IMG/VR virus record: IMGVR_UViG_3300025012_000074
Location: 7,106-71,105 of that record
DNA length: 64,000 nucleotides
Origin: a virus
Reading direction: 5' to 3' (one strand)
Position 1 is the first letter of the stretch. Each line of letters opens with the position of its first letter. A program made the translations under genes and the position numbers. The notes beneath the pieces were generated by a model, which saw nothing but the letters and a program-made list of their open reading frames with translations, was not told the origin of the DNA and made no database searches. Of this stretch, positions 16,862-26,368 are shown one piece after another.

Positions 16862-17518
16862 ATGCGTAACTTGAACCTGTTCGAAATTGAAGGAGACGCA
16901 GAGCCGGTGATTTTGTTACCGGCTCTCGCCTTTCGACACGGCCAACAGCCGGACTTCGGTCCGGCCGATGAACCGATCGACGCGAAGGCCGATGGGCAGG
17001 AATTCATAATCGAACAGCCGGACGAGGACCTCGAGAAAGACCCGCTGCCGCCCGTCGAATACCCGAAAAATTCCGACTTCGAAACGGCTGAGCCGGACAT
17101 CTTGATCGGCCCGGACGGCCGGCCGCCGAGAAAGCGCGAGCGTCATCAAAAGGTCGGCGAGCGCGATATCGTCGAAGCCCTGCGGAAGTCCGGCGGGTAT
17201 CGGACGCAAGCGGCCAAGATGCTCGGCATCACCTACGACGGGCTGGCGAAGCGTATTCAGCGGTCGCCCGACCTGCGAGCGGCCGAGCAACTGATCGAAG
17301 AAACAAGCCTCGACTTTGCGGAATCCAAGTTGATGCACGCGATCCGGCGCGGCGAGCCGTGGGCGATCAAGTTTCATCTGGAAACAAAGGGCGCGGTGCG
17401 CGGCTACGTCAAGAAAGAACCCGAGCAAGACGCGCGGGAGCAGGACTTCGTGTTCACGTTCGAGGTCGATAAAATCGTCGATCAAACGGAACCGGTAGCC
17501 GAACCGGTCGAATCTTGA
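16862..17518 (+). CDS. terS: Terminase small subunit (Fis-like HTH)
   Basis: IVEALRKSGG..TQAAKMLGI...AESKL...WAIKFHLETKG..RGY; directly upstream of TerL. Confidence 0.8.
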   Translation: MRNLNLFEIEGDAEPVILLPALAFRHGQQPDFGPADEPIDAKADGQEFIIEQPDEDLEKDPLPPVEYPKNSDFETAEPDILIGPDGRPPRKRERHQKVGERDIVEALRKSGGYRTQAAKMLGITYDGLAKRIQRSPDLRAAEQLIEETSLDFAESKLMHAIRRGEPWAIKFHLETKGAVRGYVKKEPEQDAREQDFVFTFEVDKIVDQTEPVAEPVES

Positions 17519-18951
17519 TCGAGCAACCGCCAGCGAACCAGGTCAAGCGCCGGCTCGGGATTTCCGGCGTCATGGCCGCCGCGCTCCAATCGAAAAAAAA
17601 GATCGTCGTCGTATTCGGCGGAATCGGGTCGGGCAAGACAACCACCGGCTCGCTCTGGACGCTCGGCAAGGCCAAGGCATCGCCGATCGGTTCCAAGGGG
17701 TTGATTGCCGCCAACTCCTACATGCAGCTGGTCGACTCCACGATTTCAAACTTTTACGAAACCGTCGAGATGCTGAACCTGCGGATCAATCCGCGGACGC
17801 CGCCGAACAATAACCACCCGTTCAACCTCTGCATTCCGGTGGCCGGCAAGCGTCAGGTCTGCCGCTGCCGATCGCTCGAGAATTACAAACTGATCGAGGG
17901 CGCGCAATACGAGTTCGAATGGCTGGACGAAACGCGGGACACGAAAAAGGCGGCGTTCGACATTTGCTTGGGCCGCGCCCGATCGAAGCGCGTTCCGCTG
18001 TCGCAAATCTTTATTACAACGACGCTCGACGAGGACCCGGACGGATCATGGCTTTACGACGTGTTTGTCAAAGGCTACGACCCGGCGATCATGGACGTGT
18101 TCTACGCTCCGACTTCGACGAACATCTACCTGCCGAATCTGCAAGAATACATCCAGTCCCAACGATCGCTGTTGTCGCCGACGCTGTTCCGGTCGCGCGT
18201 CGAGTGCATCTGGACGAACGTCTTGAAGTCCGTTATTTACACATCCTTCAGCCGGGCCGGAAACGATCGGCGCAAGGGCAACGTATCCGAGGACGTGTTC
18301 CTTGATGACGCGCTGCCGCTCTACTGGGCGCATGATTTCAACGTCGGCGCGGGTAAGCCGATGTCGTCGTGTTTCTTCCAGATCAAGCGGGGCCGCGGCC
18401 CGGACGGAAAGACGCGCAACGAAGTCCACGTCATCGACGAGATCATTCAAGACGAGTCGGACACGAACAAAATTATCCCGCTGGCGATCGAGAAGTTTGG
18501 CCAGCCGGACCGCCGCCGGTTCATCATCCACGGCGACGCGGCCGGGCACTCGAAGGATTCACGATCGGGCGGAACCGATTACACGATTCTCTCGAACGCC
18601 GGGTTCACCGAACAGCGCGTTCCGCGCGCAAACCCGTTGAAGCGCGACCGCCACAACGCCATGAATTCGCTGATGCTCAACGCGGATATGGACGTTCGGC
18701 TGTTCATTCATCCGCGAGTGAAGACGCTGATTCGCGGGCTTGAAATCGTCGGATACAAAAAGGGATCGGCGAACGATGAGGAAGAGCGATACGAGCAACA
18801 CGTAACGACCGCGCTCGGATACGCCGTCCATTCCGAATTCCCGATCCAGGTCAACAAATCCGCCGGGACGATTACAATCGTTTCGGATCGGTCGGTTCCA
18901 GGTTCGGCGGAAACCGGTCAACGGACGGATTATGCAAGCGAATTCATTTAA
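17515..18951 (+). CDS. terL: Terminase large subunit
   Basis: Walker A GGIGSGKT, Walker B EWLDE, nuclease AHDFNV, GDAAG. Confidence 0.93.
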   Translation: MIEQPPANQVKRRLGISGVMAAALQSKKKIVVVFGGIGSGKTTTGSLWTLGKAKASPIGSKGLIAANSYMQLVDSTISNFYETVEMLNLRINPRTPPNNNHPFNLCIPVAGKRQVCRCRSLENYKLIEGAQYEFEWLDETRDTKKAAFDICLGRARSKRVPLSQIFITTTLDEDPDGSWLYDVFVKGYDPAIMDVFYAPTSTNIYLPNLQEYIQSQRSLLSPTLFRSRVECIWTNVLKSVIYTSFSRAGNDRRKGNVSEDVFLDDALPLYWAHDFNVGAGKPMSSCFFQIKRGRGPDGKTRNEVHVIDEIIQDESDTNKIIPLAIEKFGQPDRRRFIIHGDAAGHSKDSRSGGTDYTILSNAGFTEQRVPRANPLKRDRHNAMNSLMLNADMDVRLFIHPRVKTLIRGLEIVGYKKGSANDEEERYEQHVTTALGYAVHSEFPIQVNKSAGTITIVSDRSVPGSAETGQRTDYASEFI

Positions 18952-19030
18952 GTATATGTTATAATCGGATCATCGGACCACCGACCGCCGACTTATAAAT
19001 CAATCCCCGGAACAATTTGGAGGACATGAC

Positions 19031-20734
19031 ATGGCAAAACGCGCGAAGGAGCAGCACTTCGATAATTCTCCGGGGGTCCCGATCGCGGGGCCGGCGGTCA
19101 CGACGAGCACGATTCAAGACGCCAGCCAGGGTGTCGCGTTCACGATCGGCGAGGTCGCGAAGTCGATCATTCCCGACGGGTTCATGATCGGCGGCGATTA
19201 CACGAACCCGGACGAGTTGGTCAAGCGGCAGGGCCACAAGGTATTCGACCGGATGCTGAACGATGACCTGATCGGCCCGCTGTCGCAGTTGAAGAAACTG
19301 ATTATCCTTTCCTTCGACTGGCGCATCAAGCCGTTCGATTCGTCGCTCGAGGCCGCCCGCCGGGCGGAGTTCGTCAACCACTGCCTGACCGAGACGATGA
19401 GCCGATCGTTTAACAAAGTTTTGAACGATATTCTTGACGCGCACTTCTACGGGTTTTCGCTGGCGGAAAAGAATTTCGCCTACATCCAGGAAGGCGAATA
19501 CCTAGGGATGGTCGGGCTCAAGTCGATCCGGACGAAGCCGCAATCGTCGATCGAATTCAAAACCGACGAGTTCGGAAACCTGGGCAAAATCATGCAGGTC
19601 ATCAACTCGGCCCGCACCGACCTGCCGGCTGACAAGTTTATCCACTACGCGGTCAACCAACAGAACGAAAACCCGTATGGGAAGTCGATCCTCGCGCGGC
19701 TTTACAACGTCTGGTTCATCAAGACGATCATGCTCCGGCTCTACCCGGCGCACGTCGAGCGGCACGGTTCGCCGACGACCGACGTTTCGTATCCGGCCGG
19801 ATACGGCGAGCCGCTGAAGCGCGAGATCCACAACGCGATCCGTAAACTCCAGTTCGGGTCATCGTTCACCCACCCGACGGACGTGACGTTCAAATACATG
19901 CACGTCCCTACCCCGAGTTCCTACCCGGAAGCAATAGGCCTGATGAACAAGTTCATCGCTCGCGGGATGGGCGTACCCGATCTTTTCGGCTTCACCGACA
20001 TTTCGACGGGCACGCGCAACCTCGGCCTGTCGCAGTTCGATTTGATGTTCCTGCTGTCCGACGCCGAGCGGTCGGACCTGCTCGAGTGCATCAACTACCA
20101 GTTGATTCCTACGCTCGAGGACATCAACTTTCCGAAGATCGGAAAATACTCGACGATCGCGATGACACGCAAGCGGCTATCCGACGCGAAGGGCGTGGCC
20201 GATCTTTACTCGTCCGCTATCTCCGTCGGCGGGTTCAACCCGACGTTACGCGAGGACATCAACAAATTCCGCTCGTCAATCGGGCTGGAAGAGATCGAAG
20301 AAACGCAGTTCCGCGACTACCTGACGAGCGTCAAACCCTACTTGAAAACCGGCGGAAGCCAGCCGGCCGGGCTTGTCAGCGCGGTGACGACCACCCGATT
20401 CGAGGACGAGCCGCCGACCGATCCGGAGCCCGATCCCGCGGCGGGCACGCACGATCACGCGGACGATCCGACGATCAAACGCAACATCGGCGAGGTCGAC
20501 GCGAACCTGAATGGAATTAAAACGCTCGTCTATGAAGAGATGGACAAGATGAGCGCCGACGTTTTGAAACTGGCTGTCGCGTCCTGGGAAGCCGGCGACA
20601 TCGAGATTCAATCGCAATTCATGGAGTCGATGGGGTTTGCGTCCCTGCGGGATCGAATCGCCAAACTCTACACCGACGGATACACGAACGGGACGGCCTC
20701 GGCCGCCCTCGATTTGCAGGAGGCTGAACAGTAA
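19031..20734 (+). CDS. Portal protein (Mu gp29/DUF935-like) with C-terminal extension
   Basis: ILDAHFYGFSLAE, NPYGKSIL..LY..W..K, ERHGSP; follows TerL. Confidence 0.9.
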   Translation: MAKRAKEQHFDNSPGVPIAGPAVTTSTIQDASQGVAFTIGEVAKSIIPDGFMIGGDYTNPDELVKRQGHKVFDRMLNDDLIGPLSQLKKLIILSFDWRIKPFDSSLEAARRAEFVNHCLTETMSRSFNKVLNDILDAHFYGFSLAEKNFAYIQEGEYLGMVGLKSIRTKPQSSIEFKTDEFGNLGKIMQVINSARTDLPADKFIHYAVNQQNENPYGKSILARLYNVWFIKTIMLRLYPAHVERHGSPTTDVSYPAGYGEPLKREIHNAIRKLQFGSSFTHPTDVTFKYMHVPTPSSYPEAIGLMNKFIARGMGVPDLFGFTDISTGTRNLGLSQFDLMFLLSDAERSDLLECINYQLIPTLEDINFPKIGKYSTIAMTRKRLSDAKGVADLYSSAISVGGFNPTLREDINKFRSSIGLEEIEETQFRDYLTSVKPYLKTGGSQPAGLVSAVTTTRFEDEPPTDPEPDPAAGTHDHADDPTIKRNIGEVDANLNGIKTLVYEEMDKMSADVLKLAVASWEAGDIEIQSQFMESMGFASLRDRIAKLYTDGYTNGTASAALDLQEAEQ

Positions 20735-21516
20735 TGGGACGACCGAAAAAAGAAACCACCGTCAAGCCGGAAGAGGTCAAGCCGGCCGGTCTGTTCGAGA
20801 TCGACGGGGAAGATGAGCCGATCGTAGCCGTCGAACCGGCGGACGAAACGCACCCGCTGGCCGTAGCCGCGCTCGTCGAATCGACCGAGCCGGGCATCGC
20901 CGAGACGATTTCCGACATAGTTTTCGACAACGCGATAAACTCAAAAGACGCCGGGCCGATCCCCGACTGCACGGATTTGATCGATGCGTTTCGAACCCCT
21001 TTCCCGCCCGCCGACTTCGTTCGGCCGCTGTCCTGCGGCCCGTCCTGTTCCTTCACGTTCGACGAATGCGCGGAAGGTCATCGGATCGTCCGCGAGTCGT
21101 TCGGCAATTCCTACCGGTGCGTCGGCTGCGGCGGGGAATTCTCGGCGCTCCTCACGTCCGGCAGGTGCCCGACGTGCGATAACAAGATCGGCGAGGCGAA
21201 GCCGCAGGAGATCCGCGAGACGTTCACCAACCAAGTGACGGTTGCGCCCGTCTACGAGCCGCCGGTTCAGGAGGTCCCGATGCAGCGTATCGACATGAAC
21301 CGCAACAATCCAATCTTCGACGCGCAGGTCAACGTCGACAACGCGAACCACGTCAAAGAACTGTCGGACGCGCGGCGAAAGATCCACGACGAGGAACGGC
21401 TCGGCGTCCGGCCGGAATCCTTGCGCGTTGTCGAGGTCGTCGATGGCGTCGAAGTCGAGCCGGACGGAGACGTCCCCGACGTGACGGTCGTCGAACGGCG
21501 GAAGCATGACGCCTGA
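20734..21516 (+). CDS. Acidic Zn-ribbon hypothetical protein between portal and gpF
   Basis: CVGCGG...CPTC; TAATG coupling to portal. Confidence 0.7.
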   Translation: MGRPKKETTVKPEEVKPAGLFEIDGEDEPIVAVEPADETHPLAVAALVESTEPGIAETISDIVFDNAINSKDAGPIPDCTDLIDAFRTPFPPADFVRPLSCGPSCSFTFDECAEGHRIVRESFGNSYRCVGCGGEFSALLTSGRCPTCDNKIGEAKPQEIRETFTNQVTVAPVYEPPVQEVPMQRIDMNRNNPIFDAQVNVDNANHVKELSDARRKIHDEERLGVRPESLRVVEVVDGVEVEPDGDVPDVTVVERRKHDA

Positions 21517-22420
21517 TTCCCGGCTGCTCCTCAACCTTCTGAAATTCGCCGACGGCGATTTCGTTCCGACCGACGCGACCGACTGGATCGGCCGCGTATC
21601 CGAGTCGAACGCGGAGACGGTTGGGGAGTCGCTGGTAGCCGCCCATCGTTCGACGTTCCTGAAAGGGATCGCCGAAGGCTGGGGCGTCGAAGAGTTCACA
21701 AGCAACCTGAAATCGGCGCTCGGGAAAGAGACGCAAAAAGGCGGGCACGAGGCCGAGGTCATTACCGGCATGCACACGGTATTCAACCGCGGACGCATGG
21801 ACTCGTTCAAGGAAGCGGGCGTCAAGTGGTTCACGTTCGTTGCGATCGTTGACGAACGGACGACCGAAGTTTGTAACAACCTGGACGGCCGGATATTGAC
21901 GCCGGCCGACGGCGACGAGTTCAACCCGCCGCTGCATTACCGCTGCCGGTCGCTCCTGTCGCCGAACTTCAAAGGGCCGTCCGGAACAGACGACGCGCGG
22001 CTGATGAACGATCGCGACCGCGCGATTGCCCGCGACGAAGCCGGCGACGGATTCCTTGGTAAAGCAAAGTCGATCGATCCGCCGGTGAAGCGGCCGGAGT
22101 TGAGGCGGTCGGACATTTCTGAGATTCGCGCGGAGACGATCCGCCAGAAGTATTTCGGGACGCTGAATTCGATCAAAGGTATCGGCGCTCCGATCGCATC
22201 CGACGTGTCGGCACCGCTCGCGTTTCTCGATCGCGCGAAGCCCGGCGACAAGGCGGTTGACGTTCAAACGCAACTCGTTTCCAATTTGCGCAACTCGAAA
22301 GCGGACAAACCGAGCAAGGGAATTCTCGCCCGGCTCTACGATATATTCCTCAGCGAACTGTTCGCCAAGGCCACGCTCGTTTCAAAACAGGTCGAAACCG
22401 AAGAAAAGCAAAATCAATAG
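21506..22420 (+). CDS. Minor head morphogenesis protein (Mu gpF/SPP1 gp7)
   Basis: DERTTEVCNNLDG...PPLHYRCRS. Confidence 0.9.
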   Translation: MTPDSRLLLNLLKFADGDFVPTDATDWIGRVSESNAETVGESLVAAHRSTFLKGIAEGWGVEEFTSNLKSALGKETQKGGHEAEVITGMHTVFNRGRMDSFKEAGVKWFTFVAIVDERTTEVCNNLDGRILTPADGDEFNPPLHYRCRSLLSPNFKGPSGTDDARLMNDRDRAIARDEAGDGFLGKAKSIDPPVKRPELRRSDISEIRAETIRQKYFGTLNSIKGIGAPIASDVSAPLAFLDRAKPGDKAVDVQTQLVSNLRNSKADKPSKGILARLYDIFLSELFAKATLVSKQVETEEKQNQ

Positions 22421-22430
22421 GAGGTCTATC

Positions 22431-22877
22431 ATGAACTTCAAAATCCTTTTAACCATCCTCGTGCTCGCGCTGTTCGCCCTGCCGGCCGCCGGGCAGGAGA
22501 TGCTGTCCGAGAAACAGGCGCTCAACAAACTGGCGCGCACGGTCAACGCGGACGGGACCGCGTTCAACACGGTCGCAACGTCTGAGGTCAAGGTCTACGG
22601 CTACGAAGTCGTAGCGCCGACGACCGTCGATGGCGCGGCCGTCACCGTCGCGCTCGCCCACCGGCCGGTGTCGACGAACTTCTACGACCTGTCGGACACC
22701 TACCAGGTGCGGCTCGTCAAGGGCGGCGCTCCGGCCGGCGCGTCGACCGGCGTCATCGTCGAACCCGGGCAGGTCATCACGTCGGCCGACGGCGAGCAAA
22801 TCTTTTCCGTCTACGGCGCGAACGTGGACGACCCGGCGTCTTTCCAGATTACCAGCGTCTACGAAGTCGGGCTTTAA
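22431..22877 (+). CDS. Exported protein with Sec signal peptide
   Basis: RBS AGGAGG; MNFKILLTILVLALFALPAAG then beta-rich mature part. Confidence 0.75.
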   Translation: MNFKILLTILVLALFALPAAGQEMLSEKQALNKLARTVNADGTAFNTVATSEVKVYGYEVVAPTTVDGAAVTVALAHRPVSTNFYDLSDTYQVRLVKGGAPAGASTGVIVEPGQVITSADGEQIFSVYGANVDDPASFQITSVYEVGL

Positions 22878-22889
22878 GAGGTGGCAACC

Positions 22890-25757
22890 ATGCGTAAAAT
22901 CAACTTCATTCTCGCGCTGTTCCTGATCCTCATCACCGCCGTTTCGGCATCCGCTCAGGTCAGTAACTCGATCGTCCGTCCGTCGCGCGTTCGCGGTCCC
23001 GGGCAGATTCCGGCGACGGCCGTTCCGGCCGCGGCGTTCACCGGCGGCGTCACGGCTGGCGCGAATGTGACGGTCACGCCGACGGCGACCGGCGTCGAAA
23101 TCGCGGCGTCGGCTGCTGGCGCGGTCATCGACGACCTGACGACCGCAACCGATAAAGTGTGGTCGTCGCTGAAGGTGGCCTCCAGCCTGGCACTTTATCT
23201 GCCGGTCATCGACCCGATCACGGACGGCCCGCTGTCGATCGACACGACGGAAAACGGTATCTATTCCAAGAAAGCAATTGGAACGCTCGCAAATGGTAAC
23301 GGCTTGACTTACGGCGCGGTATCGTGCAGTTGGGCGACCGCCGATACGTTTTATGCGGCGATGAGCGGCGGCTCCGATCGCATTTACAAGACGATCGACG
23401 GCGGTTCAAATTGGGCCGCCGAATCCATTCTCGGGACCACCGATCTAGTAGCCTATTCGATTGCGTCCGACGGAACCGGGATCGCCGTTGCGGTCGGACA
23501 AGGCGCGTCCGATCCGTTTACGACCAACAAAGGAATTAGGACGTCCGACGGCGGGCTTACTTGGGCCGACATCACGCTGCCTTCAAACTGGTTTTGGGAT
23601 ACAGTGGCAACCAACCGCACCGGCATCTGGATTTCGACGGCGAATAACAACAAACTCGCCCGCTCGACCGACAACGGCGCGACGTGGGTTGAAGTCGTCG
23701 GCGCGTTAGGATCGCCGAAAACTTCATTCGCTTCCGACGGAGGCGCGGTCTTCATCGGCGTCGGGGCGAACGGGGCCGATTCGTCGATCGTCCGATCGAC
23801 AGACGGCGGGCTTACTTGGGCCGACATCACGCCGCCCGATGCGTCGTGGTCCGGTAATGAAGTCGTCTATTGCGGCGGAACGAAATACGCGGCTTGCGGT
23901 TCCAGTTCGTCGGATAGCAAAAACCTCATCTATTCGACTGACGGCGGCGCGACCTGGGCGGCTTCCGCGCTGGCCGACGGGCTCGTCTACGAGGCGCTCT
24001 CTTCTGATCGTCTCGGGAACGTCGCGGCGTTTAACAACGACGGGACGGCTTATAAATCGAACGACAATGGCGCATCGTGGACTGCGCTTTCGGTCGCCGG
24101 GCTCGACGAATATAACTGGCGATCGGCGGCTATGAATTCCGAATCGGATCTTGTGGTTGTTTCAGTGTCTGGGACCGACAAGTCGGCGCGAGCGGCTGCG
24201 ACAAACGTCGGAATTCTTCTGAGATCGGCCGCCGTCTACGTCGACAACCTGACGGCGGTTGCGGGCTCGCCCGTGCAGGTGGACCCGGCGACCGGCAAGG
24301 TTTCCTATTCGACGCCCGTTACGCAAATCCTCCAGAACTACGGCATCCTCAGTTGGTTCACGTCCGAGGTGGAAGCGTGGCCGGTCCTCGACCTGAGCGG
24401 CTACCTGACGACGAGCGGTAAGGCGGCGGACGCCTCGCTCCTGAACGGCGTGGCGGACGCGACGACGGCGACGGCCAGCACGATCGCCAAGCGGGACGCA
24501 TCCGGCGACCTGACCGCCCGGCGGTTTGTGTCCGGGCTCGCAACCGGGACCTCGCCGCTCTCTGTTACGTCTACCACGGTGAACTCGAATCTAAACGCGG
24601 ACCTGTTGGATGGCAACGAGGCTTCGGCTTTCCTTGGCGCTTCTGCGACAGCCGCGAACGCCGTAAATCTGATGGGACTTTCGTATCTTCAGTATTTGCC
24701 GAGCAAGGCGACTATCGAAACACTTCTTGGCGCTTCTGCGGCGAACCTCAACGGCGGGATAGCGGTTGACACTGACAAGTTCACGGTGGCGGATGGGACT
24801 GGTGATACGGTCGTAGGCGGGACGTTCAACGCAAAGGGCGCGGTTACGAACGACTCTACGCTGCTTAATACGGGAAACGCAAAGTTCAGCGGAGAAGTCG
24901 CCGTAACCGGCGATGTTGTCAAATATACCGCTGCCAGTGCCGTCGCCAATAGCGGATACAGGCACGAGGCCGACAATGGCGGTTACACCCGTGTCACAGA
25001 TATGTCTGATACAGGTTACGCTCCGGGAGTTTATTCCAGATCGGTTGGGGCGGGGACAGGAGCGGAGGGTTTCGAATTTAGAGCTTGCCCAAGCCAGGAT
25101 TTGGCTTCAAATTCCACCTATGCTTTCATCGCCTTCAACCCGGCGTATACAGGACCTCTGACGGCATCTGATATTTTTAGAATACAGAACTATACGACCA
25201 CAGTCGCCCGCATCAACGCATCCGGCAACATGACCTTGGGCGCTACCGACCTCGCCTCTACGACCGCCAAACTCTACGTTGACGGCGTAACTAAGGTGAA
25301 GACGCTCGACTCGGGCACGGGCGACACCGCCGTCTACTGGGACAACGCTACCTACACGCTCGCAACCCAAGCATCGGCCCGTCGCTACAAGGAAAACATC
25401 AAGCCGCTCGACGCCGACTGGGACAAGTTCATGGCGATCCGGCCTGTCTCCTACACGCTCATCAAGGACCCGAAGGCCGGAACCAAGGTCGGTATGATCG
25501 CGGAGGAGGTGCTTCCGCTCTACGCCGGGGAGGTATCGACGAACCCCGATGGAACGTGCGAATCGGTGAACTACGACCGGCTGGTCTCCCCGACCATCGC
25601 CGCCGTGCAGGATCTCAAGCGCACCGTCACGTTCATGGGCTGGCTGCTCGCCCTTGTGTTCCTGACCGTCGTCTACCTGCTGTTCCGGAACCTCGCGAAC
25701 GAGCGCGAATTGATGCGGCTGAACTACTGCAAGCAAGGGACGGGGGACGGGGAATGA
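22890..25757 (+). CDS. Signal peptide + BNR/Asp-box propeller + fibre-like region + peptidase S74 chaperone domain + C-terminal TM helix
   Basis: MRKINFILALFLILITAVSASA; six Asp-boxes such as STDGGLTW; SARRYKENIKPL...GMIAEEV...VNYDRLV; MGWLLALVFLTVVYLLF. Confidence 0.85.
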   Translation: MRKINFILALFLILITAVSASAQVSNSIVRPSRVRGPGQIPATAVPAAAFTGGVTAGANVTVTPTATGVEIAASAAGAVIDDLTTATDKVWSSLKVASSLALYLPVIDPITDGPLSIDTTENGIYSKKAIGTLANGNGLTYGAVSCSWATADTFYAAMSGGSDRIYKTIDGGSNWAAESILGTTDLVAYSIASDGTGIAVAVGQGASDPFTTNKGIRTSDGGLTWADITLPSNWFWDTVATNRTGIWISTANNNKLARSTDNGATWVEVVGALGSPKTSFASDGGAVFIGVGANGADSSIVRSTDGGLTWADITPPDASWSGNEVVYCGGTKYAACGSSSSDSKNLIYSTDGGATWAASALADGLVYEALSSDRLGNVAAFNNDGTAYKSNDNGASWTALSVAGLDEYNWRSAAMNSESDLVVVSVSGTDKSARAAATNVGILLRSAAVYVDNLTAVAGSPVQVDPATGKVSYSTPVTQILQNYGILSWFTSEVEAWPVLDLSGYLTTSGKAADASLLNGVADATTATASTIAKRDASGDLTARRFVSGLATGTSPLSVTSTTVNSNLNADLLDGNEASAFLGASATAANAVNLMGLSYLQYLPSKATIETLLGASAANLNGGIAVDTDKFTVADGTGDTVVGGTFNAKGAVTNDSTLLNTGNAKFSGEVAVTGDVVKYTAASAVANSGYRHEADNGGYTRVTDMSDTGYAPGVYSRSVGAGTGAEGFEFRACPSQDLASNSTYAFIAFNPAYTGPLTASDIFRIQNYTTTVARINASGNMTLGATDLASTTAKLYVDGVTKVKTLDSGTGDTAVYWDNATYTLATQASARRYKENIKPLDADWDKFMAIRPVSYTLIKDPKAGTKVGMIAEEVLPLYAGEVSTNPDGTCESVNYDRLVSPTIAAVQDLKRTVTFMGWLLALVFLTVVYLLFRNLANERELMRLNYCKQGTGDGE
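23547..23832 (+). repeat. 31-bp exact direct repeat encoding two Asp-boxes
   Basis: GACGGCGGGCTTACTTGGGCCGACATCACGC at 23547 and 23802. Confidence 0.8.
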
Positions 25758-26293
25758 AGCCAGTCATTTTCCTCACTCTCGTCCCGTTCATCATCTACGG
25801 TCTGTTGACGGCCGCCGGCAACGGCTACAACGCGCAAATCTTCCCCCGGCCGGTGACGCTCTCCGACTCCCGCTCGGCGCTCGATCTCGTGATTCAGGAC
25901 CTCCACAACCTCAAGACCGAAAACGACGCGCTGAAGGCCCGCGTTGTTGAATTAGAAAATGCAACTCAGGCCATGTTGGATCTATATCCCGTGTTCGCAA
26001 AGGAATCCATCGCGTCGATCGAAGTCAGGTTGCAGAAGTTGGAGAACCCGAAGCCGAGCGTATCGGACGGGCTTGGAAATACCTATCCGCTGATACCGAA
26101 CTACCCGGCGAACCCGCAACCGGGTTTCAGTTTCGGCGAATACAACGCCCTGACCGGGTCGATCCTCCTGAAAAACAACGGCCAATGGCTCTCGACCTCC
26201 TCCGTCTTGTTACTCGCTCGGACCGCCGGATGCCAACTCCTCGCCGACCGAACTACTTCGCATCGGAGGCGCGGCCGGCGACACCCGGCTTGA
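25754..26293 (+). CDS. Membrane-anchored coiled-coil protein
   Basis: N-terminal hydrophobic segment; IQDLHNLKTENDALKARVVELE resembles an S74-type coiled coil. Confidence 0.65.
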   Translation: MKPVIFLTLVPFIIYGLLTAAGNGYNAQIFPRPVTLSDSRSALDLVIQDLHNLKTENDALKARVVELENATQAMLDLYPVFAKESIASIEVRLQKLENPKPSVSDGLGNTYPLIPNYPANPQPGFSFGEYNALTGSILLKNNGQWLSTSSVLLLARTAGCQLLADRTTSHRRRGRRHPA

Positions 26294-26368
26294 CGAACTT
26301 GAAATGATCCCCTGCCCGGACGGCCGCCCCGGCTGTTGCGTGGCGCATTACCGAAAGAGAGGAACGAA

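Noticed and set aside
23547-23832. Direct repeat as a diversity-generating retroelement TR/VR pair
   Set aside because: Only 31 bp, identical, in-frame Asp-box duplication; no reverse transcriptase seen
26308-26318. TCCCCTGCCCG complementary to 12640-12650
   Set aside because: An 11-nt GC-rich match is plausible by chance in 64 kb
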